Below, piece after piece: positions 1-11,657 of a DNA stretch of 64,000 nt; within the stretch, counting starts at the first letter, position 1; each line of letters opens with the position of its first letter. A program made the position numbers and the translations under genes. Origin of the DNA: Macrostomum lignano (Eukaryota); assembly GCA_002269645.1 (NCBI GenBank), contig NIVC01001008.1, positions 248,001-312,000 on the forward strand, written 5' to 3'. The notes under the pieces were generated by a model. The model saw only the letters and a program-made list of their open reading frames with translations, did no database searches and was not told the origin of the DNA.

Positions 1-97
1 CCCTCAATAGACTACAATCGCTAGTGTGGGGAATTCCCTCAATAGACTACGATCGCTAGTGTGGGGAATTCCCTCAATCAACTACGATCGGTAGTGT
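1..97. repeat. 35-bp tandem repeat, about 3 copies, truncated by the window edge
   Basis: Unit CCCTCAATAGACTACRATCGCTAGTGTGGGGAATT starts at 1, 36 and 71 (third copy degenerate). Confidence 0.9.
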
Positions 98-1628
98 CAA
101 TCTGTGGCACCTGGCAGTTGATACTAGTAAATTTAGCAAGAGTTCTGTTATTGCTTCAGGTCCCTGTATATACGATATTAGTGAATTGAAATGCAAACTG
201 GTCGGTGTTAGCATCATTGTGGTTTGAAGCAAAAACTCAGAACTTCATTCCAATCGCCTTCAATTTTTCTTCTTAAAAGAAAAATGTTAATTTTTGCACT
301 TCTCCACAGGCCTATACATTTAAGTGGGCCAAGCTACACGTGTATTCATTTATTGTACGTACAATGGTTACGAGTATTGCAATTAGTTGTTTCTTTTACC
401 TTCGAAAGCAGTTTCGCCTTGGAAAATGCTCATTGTTTTTATTTAATCCTGAACACAATTTTTTTAACTGACAACCAATGCACCGAGCACCATGCAGTCC
501 ACCTCGCTGTGTGTCTCGCACTCTTCCCCAATCATTCGGCATTTTTCCTTGTGTTTCCTTTGTTTCCCTGCACAGCAGATGTATACATATATTGAATATG
601 CTTCTCTTGATGCCGTGCACCAGATTTCTAGTACTGCAAGATGTGCAGTAAATCTTCGGGCTTAATGCAAATTTATCATTGATTGTTATTAAAGCGGCAA
701 CATTGCGTTATGATTTAATTACGTTAATTACTGCAGTGATTTTGTTTTGTATAGACTATATACAATTGTATGCAGTAAGCTTCTTTGTTAGTTGTTTGTT
801 TTACACTAAATTTTGTGGTTTGCGATTCATCATTTATATTAATTAAAGAATGCACAAATTCACCCGCTTTAATCACGCTTAACTTTAAATTTTAATTTGC
901 TTATTTAGCCTTGACTTTTTACTCTGAGACGCTTTGTAATTCTTTTTTACACTGTATTTCTTATGCTACTGCGATACAAATGCAAATTACCTACTTACCC
1001 TCGTAACATTTTATTAGTCAAATCGTTAAAAAAAGTACATATCAGTTGTGTAGTATCTTTGGTTATTTCTGACACCGTTTTGTTTTAATTAAGGACATTT
1101 GATTGTGTTTAAAAACGCCTTCAGTCTTGAGAAAGTCATTTTTGTGTTATTTAACTTTAAGGATCTGCTAAAACTGATATCAAAACATAGTAACAACAGG
1201 TTCGATGGCAGCATTATGTATTTTCATTAAAAACCGAATTAGTAGAATAAACTTATCGAAAACCAGTATACCACAGTAATACATAAAATACTTGAGCTAT
1301 TTAATTTTCCCTCACCTAAGGTTTGATGAAAGTTAGTTGCGCTTAAATAGTTTCTCGGAAACAATGATCTGACATTTACAAAGAGGAAAATTGCCAGCGT
1401 AAATAAAATTGTATAAAAATTAAGCAAAGAAACTTAGAGAAATAGCGAAATGTTCCTACAAGTAATGTTATGGGCAAGCTCTTTATGCTTACCTGTATGT
1501 ATAATGCAGCTGGGTAACTGTCTATGGCACTGCGGTGCAGGCCGTCAGAAAGGATGAAAAGCGCGAAAGCGATAGTCTACAAGCAGACCCACGTCGACTG
1601 CCATTTTTTACCGTTCAAACTACCAAAA

Positions 1629-1915
1629 TGTATTTACTCTCCACTTGGGCCCGGCCATAGAAAACAGAAACGTATTTATTCATCACTTGGGCCCGGTCAT
1701 AGACTACAGAAACGTATTTATTCCCCACTTGGGCCCGGCCATAGACTACAGAAACGTATTTATTCCCTACTTGGGCCCGGCCATAGACTACAGAAACGTA
1801 TTTATTCTCCACTTGGGCCCGGCCATAGACTACAAAACCGTATTTATTCCCTACTTGGGCCCGGCCATAGACTACAAAAACGTATTTATTCCCCCACGGG
1901 CCCGGCCATAAGATA
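1629..1915. repeat. 42-bp minisatellite, about 7 copies
   Basis: Unit TATTTATTCCCCACTTGGGCCCGGCCATAGACTACAGAAACG; explains the 14-aa periodic ORFs at 1524-1929. Confidence 0.95.
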
Positions 1916-2237
1916 ATCGAAGATATCATCTACTGAAATAAACAAGTACAAATGCTAGCTACAGAAATCTATCTTATACCTATAAAATGAAAACTTTGTG
2001 TGTCTGTCTGTCTTAAACTTATAAAGCTGAAAGAGGAACAAACCTAAATAAAATACCATTTTATGATTTTACTGATTTAAAACATGGGCTACAAATTTAC
2101 AATTAATCAATTACAAAATAATTTTGCCCGGAATAGAACAGTTGGAGAATTGATTCAATCCAGCACATAACTGACAGGTTTCATTTACAATCTATTTAAA
2201 ATCGACTAGTTCGAAAGCAAACAGATGGCCTACAGCG

Positions 2238-2825
2238 TTAGTCAAGCAGGCCTTTCGACAGCAGGTCCAGCACAGCTCCGTTAGTCCAGCCGAAGCCAAT
2301 CTGGCTGGCGTACTCGCCGCCCGAACCGGCGCCGCCGTCGGCCAGCCGACAATCGTATTTCTCGTGCATAACGCCGTCGCGCCGCCAGGCGGCCAGTCCG
2401 GCGCGCAGCCAGCCGGTTGCCAGGCGCCGCGCCAGCTGCCTCGCTCGCTTATTGCTCGTGTTGGCTAGTCCAGTCACCAGCATGTGCTGATAGGGCGGCC
2501 ACACATTGGGAAAATCCCACTGCTGATGCGACTGGTTGCCGGACAGGGAGAAAGGCACGCCGGCAGGATAGACCAGGGCGCCGCTCTTGTCCAGATAATC
2601 TAACACCTGCGGCACCGTGGTCTCCGGACTGTGCGTGGAACCGGTGAACAGGGGCACCAGGTTTGACGCGTAGAACCGGTTACTAACTGGCGCCTGTTTC
2701 TCCAGATGCCAGTCGAACCAACAGCCTGTGGCGTTGTTCCACAATACGTTGCGAATAGCGTTTATACGTATCTCGGCTGAATCAGCGTACAGGTGCATCT
2801 TGGCCTTGGGGTGGTTTTTGCATGG
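2238..2825 (-). CDS. TREH: Trehalase (GH37), exon 3 of 3 (terminal)
   Basis: Acceptor cgcgcag|CCA at 2825 with branch-like GCTAAC upstream, phase 0; encodes QWDFPNVWPP (trehalase signature 2), EKYD and GGEY..QIGFGWTNG with the catalytic Glu; stop at 2238. The exact acceptor is less certain than the gene call. Confidence 0.93.
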   Translation of the reverse strand, partial: PCKNHPKAKMHLYADSAEIRINAIRNVLWNNATGCWFDWHLEKQAPVSNRFYASNLVPLFTGSTHSPETTVPQVLDYLDKSGALVYPAGVPFSLSGNQSHQQWDFPNVWPPYQHMLVTGLANTSNKRARQLARRLATGWLRAGLAAWRRDGVMHEKYDCRLADGGAGSGGEYASQIGFGWTNGAVLDLLSKGLLD

Positions 2826-2959
2826 CTGCGCGTTCGTTTAATATGGATAAGTTAGCTCGAAGGTTGTAAAATGTAAACTATTGGCGAGAGTGAGCTATTA
2901 GCAACTAGGATAACGAAAATGTAGACGTAGGTACTATGGGTTGGCCATCTACCGCATAA

Positions 2960-3573
2960 CAACCAACCAGACGGTCACCAACCAATAACATAGCAACCAA
3001 ATGATCACCAATCAATCGCATAGCAATCAACCAAATGATCACCAATCAATTGCATAGCAACCAACCAAATGATCACCAATAAATTGCATGGTAACCAACC
3101 AAATGATCACCAATCAATTGCATGGTAACCAACCAAATGATCACCAATCAATTGCATGGTAACCAACCAAATGATCACCAATCAATTGCATGGTAACCAA
3201 CCAAATGATCACCAATCAATAGCATGGTAACCAACCAAATGATCACCAATCAATTGCATGGTAACCAACCAAATGATCACCAATCAATAGCATGGTAACC
3301 AACCAAATGATCACCAATCAATAGCATGGTAACCAACCAAATGATCACCAATCACGTAGCAACCAACCAAATGATCACCAATCAATCGCATAGCAGATCA
3401 CCAATCAATCGCATAGCAGATCACCAATAAATTGCATAGCAACTAACCAAATGATCACCAATCGCGTAGCAACCAACCAAATGATCACCGACTGCATAGC
3501 AACCAACCAAATGATCACCGACTGCATAGCAACCAACCAAATGATCACCAATCAATTGCATAGCAACCAACCA
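2960..3573. repeat. 34-bp minisatellite filling trehalase intron 2
   Basis: Unit AACCAACCAAATGATCACCAATCAATTGCATGGT, roughly 17 copies with degenerate edges. Confidence 0.95.
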
Positions 3574-3602
3574 TAAAAAGCTGGAAAACAACATCCTCAT
3601 AC

Positions 3603-3980
3603 CTTAAACCCAAGCAGGCCGGCCCACTCGCTGAGCAGCTGCTCATTCCTGTGCATAATAGCGTTGAGATCAACTGGCACAATATGGCTAGTCTCAACCG
3701 AGGCCAAACTATCTGGTTTGGCCATCCATCGGCTAGAGAAGTCTTGGCCAGACTCGCAGGCAGCGGCCAGCTCAGCGTATATGTGCTCAGGCTCACCAGA
3801 ACCAGATGCAGTTTCCCAATCCTCGCGATAAGACTCTGGCCTGGGTCGGGATGACTCAGCGGATCCATAGTGATTCATTGCATAAGAGTACTTATAGTCA
3901 ATTACCACAGTGGAGGTGCGCTCGCTCATCCACCAGTCATATTCGCGCTCAAGCAGGTGATAATTCTCGCGCAGGAAAGC
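3603..3980 (-). CDS. TREH: Trehalase, exon 2
   Basis: Acceptor ctctaccag|GCT at 3980, donor AAG|gtatga at 3603, 378 nt, phase 0-0; AFLRENYHLLEREYDWW..RPRPESYRED..AAACESGQDFSSRW..PVDLN. Confidence 0.96.
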
Positions 3981-5050
3981 CTGGTAGAGGGTATTGAAAT
4001 AAGTGCAAGTCTAGATAACTAAAGTGGCTTGGAGGCATTTAGCCATTTGGAGGTACAAATTTGTTGCCAATGTACCCATATTATAAACTTCTTTTTTATT
4101 AGAGGTAGGGGGCTTTGCACATCCAGGTAAACTTTAAGCAACATTGTCACATAACTAGTGAGAGGCATTACTGCCCATTCCACTGAATCCCTTGAGCAGG
4201 CACACAAGTACGCAGATATATACACAGTTGTAGGCACAAATTACACACTTACACAGGAGTGTACAGTAACTTTGTTTATTATTAGACATGTGCATTTCTT
4301 CATTGTGTCTTGGGGGTTGGCCCTAAGCCAAGTTTCCAATTTAGCCACAAATAATGTGTCTGCACTTGAGTTGAGTTGAGCCTAGAATGTTAGCTTATAA
4401 GAGTGCCATTGCTAGACCACTAGGCTATGCCCCCTACAAAGACTATTGTTAGCACTAAGATAAACAATATTGCTAGCTATGAAACTGTTTGATGCCTATG
4501 CTAAGTATGCAAAAGTAGATATTGTCTACAAAATATATGGTATATTAGGCCTATCATATTAAATTTTATTGCTATAGATAAATGGCAGAAGGAATTATAT
4601 TTATAGGTATATTTAAATACAAAATGCCTTTTCACCTAGGTTATAAAGCAATATGGCATTAAGTAAACCTTTAAAAAATAATATGAATATTAGCAAATAG
4701 TAGAATAATAGAAAAAACAATAACATTAATAGTAGGTATAGATCTAGAAAATAAATAATTAATATATATTATAACATTAAATCATGAAAGGATAGGCCTA
4801 GTCCTTGTTTAATTTTTAGGAAAAAATAAATGCTATAAGCCTTAAATTTTTTGCAATATTTATTTAGGTCTATATATTACTTCATTTATTTTATGCTTAT
4901 AAAACTAATATAGCCCATTATAAAATTAAAAATGAACTATCTAACCAAATCTATCTATCTAAACTATCTAAATTACAACTATACTTATATTGAGTTTTAA
5001 TATATATTATATTAAAGCAATAGCAATTTATAAATAATAATATAACTTAC

Positions 5051-5851
5051 CATATCATTTGTTGCTTTTAAATAGGTTTCAAACATTAGGCAAAGCATAG
5101 GAGGCTGGCTTCGGTTCAAACAATAAACTCGATTACAGTTTGGTATATATCCAAGCTGAGTAACAAAGGCCAACATAATGTTTAGTATTGATTTCATTGT
5201 TGAATGCATGCCTGACACTGCTAAGCCTTGCATAGTCCAATACGTATCCCAATAAAAAAGCTCTCGGAACCTGCCTCCAGGCACAATAAACCAGTTTGAA
5301 TCAGTACCACTTGGCATTATAAGGCTTGATAAATGAGGAATAGAACTTGAACTTAGAATAGCTTCTTTAGCAAGTGAACGCCAAAGTTTATGTAAACTTT
5401 GAACCCAATTAGCCATTGCTGGTTCTTTTGCCAATGACTCAGCTAGTCTATTGATAGAATCTGGCTGCCAATCAGGTGGTACAACTGCTTTAACATCACT
5501 TCCTGCAGGCAAATAATTGTCTTTAACAAACTTAGCTATGTCTTCTTTGTTAGATTTGGTACTTAGACCACGAAGCTCAAAGTCTTTAATCACTTCATCA
5601 ATAGGATGCTTAAGCACCATGTCCACAAACTGTTTACCATCAGGATATATGCGAGCACGTTGAACAACATCAAGAATAGGCCAATAAAAGTGAGAATTTA
5701 GTAAGTTTGCTGACAGGCTGAGATCGGCCATTTTAGGATGATTAGTATTCCGATTAGCTCGAAGGTTAAAAAGCACAACTGCTAAACAGCTCCAAACTGT
5801 CACTAAGATTGTGCAACGACGAGTTGGTCGCCTTCTTAAACAAGATTGCAT
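5051..5851 (-). CDS. TREH: Trehalase, exon 1 (spliced product about 588 aa)
   Basis: ATG at 5851, basic then hydrophobic N-terminus, DGKQFVDM, PGGRFRELFYWDTYW (signature 1-like), YIPN..R..RSQPP; donor ATG|gtaagt at 5051 joins exon 2 in frame (TNDM|AFLREN). Confidence 0.95.
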
Positions 5852-6630
5852 TCGGTTTATTTGACACAAGTGAGGTCCTTGTATGATAGACGATAATATA
5901 TCGACCTAGGCCTACAGCCGCCTACTCTGACTCTGAGGTGAGCTTGTTAGTCTTGTAGTTGTAGGGCCTATGAGTGCTTTATTGTAATGACTAGTTAGTC
6001 AAGGTCCTGCTTTAGACGCCTTGTGCTAGATTGATTGACAAGATAGTGGTAATACTGTGACAATGTAAACGGTCGATAGGCCCGGAGTCTACTTTTTAGA
6101 TAAGCTAAAGAATTCACGTTTTACACTACCAACTTAGTTGCCTCCAAAAATCTCTAAACAATATACAAAGTTTCGAATTCACCTTATATCAAGCACAAGG
6201 TGAAGTCGCTTTAGCTAATTTGCTCGGATTTATCTAGGGTGTATATTTCAGGTTTAAATTTATGTCCAGGCTCACACGTGAACTCGCCCAATATACTTTT
6301 GATATTTGAATTACCGCTTGCTCCGAGTTGAAAATCACGATTTGTACATGCATTCTCTGTTTTAGCTGAACTTCCAACACTGATCTGAAATGAAGTAGAA
6401 GTTTTAAAATCTTCGGATATTTTTGTAATATAAAAACGTTCTGTCAGGCGATCAGATACTGTATGCATAAAATTACGACATCTGTGGAAAGCCCATAATT
6501 TTTTGCAGTCGCGTTGCCATTGCGTGGGTCCCTTCTGATTGCGGCTCAGAACAAAATTAAAAAATGCTAAATACAGGTCAGCCCAAAACCTAACTCTGCC
6601 TGAACACCAGGATCCTACACAGAATCTCAG

Positions 6631-6975
6631 GGGGTTGTAGCCTAGTGGTTAGAGCGTCGAACTCACCACTGGAAAGTCGGGGGTTCGTTTCTTAACTCAC
6701 TCGGAACAATTTGTGTCATTGAGCAAGACACTTAACTCTGCATTGCTTCAGTTCACCCAGCTGTAAAATGGGTATCAGCATTAGCTGGGGTAATTGAGGG
6801 TGTGTGGCGACCCCCCAGAAGTCCTTGGACTGAGAACAGCCGAACATGCACAGCCTTCAGATGCGCCGCGCAATAGCTGCGGCTGAGGCTGGTCGGTTGC
6901 ACATCTACCCATCAGTATAAAAGTCCAATTGCTACCCATTAGGGTACGTGTGATAAATTATTATTAATATTATAT
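6631..6975 (+). mobile_element. tRNA-derived SINE with CORE (MIR-like) central domain
   Basis: A box TAGCCTAGTGG and degenerate B box GGTTCGTTTC; then TGTGTCATTGAGCAAGACACTTAAC..CAGTTCACCCAGCTGTAAAATGGGTA, resembling the MIR CORE consensus as recalled; ends in a (TAT)-rich tail. Confidence 0.8.
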
Positions 6976-7219
6976 TACGTATAGTACATGTTCAAATCTA
7001 GCTGTATCTATAACGCTAATGCATATGAAGAAGTAGAATTAATAATTACTGTATATGATTTTACGGATAGATTATTTGATACTCTCCTTCAGCTCTAATA
7101 ATGAGCAACATTACATGTAGCTAGAACAACGATCCGTGCAGCTTTCGAAGACTTTAAGCCAAGGGGTCGGCAAACTTTTTGCTTCAAAGGCCAGATAGAG
7201 CTAGAATCTAAATCATGAC

Positions 7220-7570
7220 TGAGGAGCTGAGGGGAGAGAGGCCAGAGGGAGTAAATATAGGAGAATGGAGAGGTGATGGAATATAGGAAAATAGAGGAGA
7301 CGAGAGGAGAGGAGGGATTAAATCAAAGAAGGGAGGAATGAGGTGAAAGGAGAGAAGAGGAGAGAAAAAGACGAGTAGAGAGGAGAAATGAGAGAGGAGT
7401 GAAGGGGAGAGTAGAGAGGATAGCTTAAGAGGAGATCAGGAGAGGAGAGATCCAAGAGCTTAAGAATAGAAGAGAGAATCGAGAGGAGAGGAGAGAAGAG
7501 AAGGAGATGGGAGGGAGGAAAAAAGAGAGAGGGGAGATTTAGAGAAGGGACTGAGAAGAGACATAAAGCC
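7220..7570. repeat. GA-rich low-complexity tract
   Basis: Almost exclusively G/A with GAGAG/GGAGA motifs and no fixed period. Confidence 0.8.
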
Positions 7571-9301
7571 TAAGTTTTCAAATCTACATGCACATACAGA
7601 TACATGAAAATAATAAGCGCGGCCTAGCTGTGACACCCAGTCGCACCGCACCCTAAGACTATTTTTGTACATTACTTGCTTTCGTCAGCGCTTGTCATTG
7701 TTTTCGTTTTCTCGATGGTACACACAGAGGGGGCTAATCTCTCTTTTACTACAGTCTAAACCCCGGTGGATTAAATAAACAATTTCATGCACATAGCTAG
7801 GTAATACTCATAGTCTATTTCAGCCTGTTTCTCAATCTCTGAAAGCTTTTTTTACCAATGATCTTCTTTTGTTCGACCATGCTCCTCATTCGCCCATGAG
7901 CTCACGTCATGCAGTCAACTGGAAATTGTAAGCCGATACGGTTGCATCTGGCAGAGACATTTTTGATTTCACGACAGTCTTTGCCAAGCACAAACAAGAT
8001 AAAAGAGCCAAGGGGGGAGGAGAGAAGATCTTTATGCCAACGGAGACTGTTGATGCCGAGCCGACGTGCAGCTGAGGGCATGGGTTTTCAGTAGCCATTT
8101 GTCCGTGTATGCTTTTTTCTCGTCCTATTGGAGAAGCGGCCGAAACAGGATTAGAGCTAAAGGGGAATTTTTTCGCCAATACTCAGATTCGTATCAGCCT
8201 TTTTTCAGTGAAGTTTCCTGTCTTTGCCTTTGTATTTAGTATTGACTCATCTAAACAGCTGAAGAGAATTGCGGTAAACTGATGTCGCCAGAAGGTAGCG
8301 CTGATCATTCACCCGCAGACATTTTTATCCTGTTGGCTTGTCGCTTTTTGTGAACTTTTTCGACGCCACTGCCATCAAGACTCTCAAACAGTTCTATGCC
8401 TATACCTCTTTGCTCCTATTCCAGTGAAGAACCGTACAGGCGTGAGCCTTATGATGCCTCCTCTAACACCGTTTTATTAGTCTGATGCCAGCAAGTGAGG
8501 TGGCAGTCAAAATGCACCGTTGGTCTGACTGCTCTGCTCTTTTTAATTATTAGAAAAAAACCACTGAAGTTGCCTCGTACAGGTTGCTGGTAGGTCACCT
8601 TCGCTAAAATCATCTGTGACTGTCACAACAGAGCATGTTTAGGAGACTTGACGTGTAGTACACTATTCCTTGACTCAGCAGGTTCCAGTCTGTGACAAAG
8701 ATTTGACGCCAATTGAACGGCCACTTGAAAGTACACTTGAAATGCAGTGCGTGAACAACTGTTCCCTATCCAAAGATGCCAGCCAAAGATCCTCGCCCGG
8801 CTAGCTTGGACAATTTTTACTAGCAGTGAGGCTTCGTGCTCATTTTTTTCTTTTGTTCAGATTGCAGCAATATTTTTTACTTTTTACGCTGACGGCATAA
8901 GGCCAGCAGCTGCAGGCTTCAGAGGCTTCGGAGGAATCAGAGGCTTCCTGACAACCGTAGATCACCGCCTCTAATTTATTGCCCTCTAATTCTTCAAGAC
9001 TACCTTCTAGATTATCTTTGACCACAAATATCCATTTTCTTTCTCAACTATCATGTTAACTTTGGCTGTAACTTGATTTTAGACTGCTTTCTAGCTGAAG
9101 GAACTAGCCCAATAATTAAATGTCATTCTAAGCTTTGTTCCAAGCGTGTCTAAAAAAGTAGTCCTGGTCAGCGTCGAGTCACTTCCTTCGCTCCGTCGGG
9201 TTGGTTCCTTTTTGCTCGCCAAGCCTGCAGAGCCTTAAAATTAAGGGATCAAAAACACTAAACAGCTGCCAAGGACGCAAGCATAAGGGTATGTGGCACT
9301 A

Positions 9302-9572
9302 CGCGGGCGTCGCCACCGGGGGGGATATGGGGGACATGTCCCCCCAGTTAAAGCTATGGGGGACATGCCAATGCTTTGTCCCCCCACCCCACATTGTGAC
9401 TCGTTGTGGAAATCAATAATTTTGCTTTACGGCGCCAAAATGAGTGCCTGCGGCGCCAAAATGAGCGCTGGCGACACCGATTCTCAAAATAATGTACATG
9501 TAGGAATTTAGTCATGTACATGTAGAACTCTTGGCTGGGGGGACCACCATAAAATCCATGGCGACGCCCCTG
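9302..9572. mobile_element. hAT-type MITE, 271 bp
   Basis: TIRs CGCGGGCGTCGCCA / TGGCGACGCCCCTG; perfect 8-bp TSD TGGCACTA at 9294-9301 and 9573-9580; non-coding; same family as 28634-30886. Confidence 0.9.
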
Positions 9573-9886
9573 TGGCACTATCACCAACTTTCTAATTGTC
9601 GGTGTTATATTTCTTGATATCTATACATTTTATAGGCTATCGCATATAGCAGCGGTATGTGACCATAGCGAATGATTTTGAAATACAATCTGTACTGTGC
9701 ACAAATATAGGCGCGATACATGTACATGTATCGATACTCAGTCAGCTTAATCGCTCAACAACTGGCCAAGTAGATCCGCGGGCCAAAGATTACTAAAATC
9801 AATATCCAACTGATCCAACTGTACATTGGGTGACAGAAATTCACGCACGCAGAGACTAGCCCGCCTACACCCTAGCCGCAACAACC

Positions 9887-11657
9887 GTGATATGCCGATA
9901 TGCCGATATTCGGCGATATGCCGATGACCTGGCCACCTGGGCCAGTGGCAAGCGTGTTAGGGAAGCCGCGTTGAGCCTCAGCAGAGGGCGGCGGATGTTC
10001 TGCAAGCCTGGAATGAGGAGTGGTTACTTCCGGTCGCGGTGGACAAATGCTCGCTCTTTTCCAACGACCCAGCCGCCGCCCAGCCGGCCGAGCAGCCCGT
10101 GCAGGTGACGCTGATGGGCCAGGCTCTTAGATGGGAGGCTCAGCCGAAGTTTCTCGGACTAGTTTACTACCAAAGGCTTTGATTCATTGCCCACACTGAC
10201 TATATAGGGCAGGCCTGCAGGAAGCGTATCAACCTGCTCCGCAAGTTGGCCGGAAACGCTTGGGGCTGGGATCCGGACCTTCTTCGTATCACCTACATCG
10301 CCCTCATCCGCGGTAAGATTGTGTACGGTGCCTGGACCCCGTGGATCGCGGATTCGGTCTGGCTTGGACGTTCTGCAATGCAGCGTGGAGCGTGTTACCA
10401 CGGGCGCCGTTGCCACGACTCCGGTGGAAGCGCTGCGTTGCGAGAGCGGGCTCACCGACCTCCGCGCCTTGTGTGGGGCCATCTGGGGGGCCCGGCTGGA
10501 CCGCTGGCTTCGGCTCCCCGCCGGCTCCCCCAGGAGGACTCTAGCCGAGGAAGCACCGAGGCAGCGCCTGGTCCGGAAGGGATGGCGCGCTAAGGCCAGC
10601 ACTTGCCTAGCGGCGGCCAGAATAGACATGATCACGCGCATTCCCGAAGCCAGTAGCAGAGCGCCCTGGAGCGACTGGCACGCCAAGGCCAAGATCATGG
10701 TGAGCGCGGTGGACACCAGGAAATCCAGTGACGCGGGCAACCTGCAGCTCGCGAGGGAGCGCATCAGCGGAGTGCCAGGAGCCAGACGTGACCATTTACA
10801 CGAATGGATCGTTGCAGAAGCCGGGAGGCGGCAGCGGGGTGGTGATCTGGATGACTGACGAGTCGGGTGGGCTGAGCGCGGACCCTATCATCATCAAGGA
10901 ACCGGCCGGCCTACCCGCCTCCTCGTTGCAAAAGGAGCTCAAGGCAATCATTAGCGGGCTGGAGTGGTTACTGGCCCACGACCAGTGACGATCGGCTCTG
11001 TTGGTGTCTGACAGCAATAGCGGGCTTATGGCCATCAAGGGCACAGGCGCAACCCATTGGCGCTTCTGGCCCAGCAGCAACTGGAAGATCTGTGTGCCCA
11101 GGGTAAGGAGGTGGCCCTGTGCTGGGTCTTAGCGCACTGCGGCCTTGCTGGCAACGAAGAAGCCGACGCGGCCGCGGCTGCTGCAGCCGCTCTAGCCCAG
11201 GGGGCACCGCAGTGCTGGCCAGCGTGATCAGGCGGCGGCTGAATGCTCAGGCGAAGGATAAGGAACGCGATTGCAACGATGGAGTCACGAACGCACCATA
11301 CGAACGTATGGAAAAAACGGCACTGCGAGGCACCCCAGGACTAAGGATCGGGCGGAAGGCGTTAGCTTCCGAAGGCTCCGCACCGGACACTCGCTGGAGC
11401 TGGAGGCCTATCAATGCAGGATCAAGAAGAGCGATAGGGACACCTGCCCGGCCTCCGGTGATGAGGCCGAGACCGTCGAGCACGTCATCTGCTCCTGTCT
11501 GGCCACGGTGGGAATGCGCCGGCAGCATGGGGCGTCTGATTTGAGTTGGCTCAACGAAGACCCGGATACCGCCCTAACGTACTGAGGCTGGTACCGATCT
11601 ACGAGCGTAGATGGAAAACGGATAAAACGTCTCAGCACTAACAACAACAACAGCAAC
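9887..11657 (+). mobile_element. 5'-truncated, frameshifted non-LTR retrotransposon with RT C-terminus, RNase H and C-terminal zinc finger (I group: I/Ingi/Nimb-like)
   Basis: YADD at 9917; KFLG; LRITYIALIR; ..VTTGAVATTPVEALRCESGL; RNase H motifs IYTNGS, KELKAI, SDS, WVLAHCGLAGNEEAD; RLRTGH and CPAS..ETVEHVICSC; (AAC)n tail; 12-bp TSD GCCGCAACAACC at 9875-9886 and 11658-11669. Confidence 0.92.

Noticed and set aside
6631-6705. tRNA gene
   Set aside because: The B box is degenerate, no full cloverleaf forms, and it continues into a SINE CORE domain.
7160-7200. hAT-Charlie/MER58-like terminal sequence AAGGGGTCGGCAAACTTTTT
   Set aside because: No matching opposite TIR or TSD was found; at most an isolated remnant.
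7780-9060. Possible decayed coding sequence on the minus strand
   Set aside because: All frames have several stops and no motif I can recognise; a translated homology search is needed.
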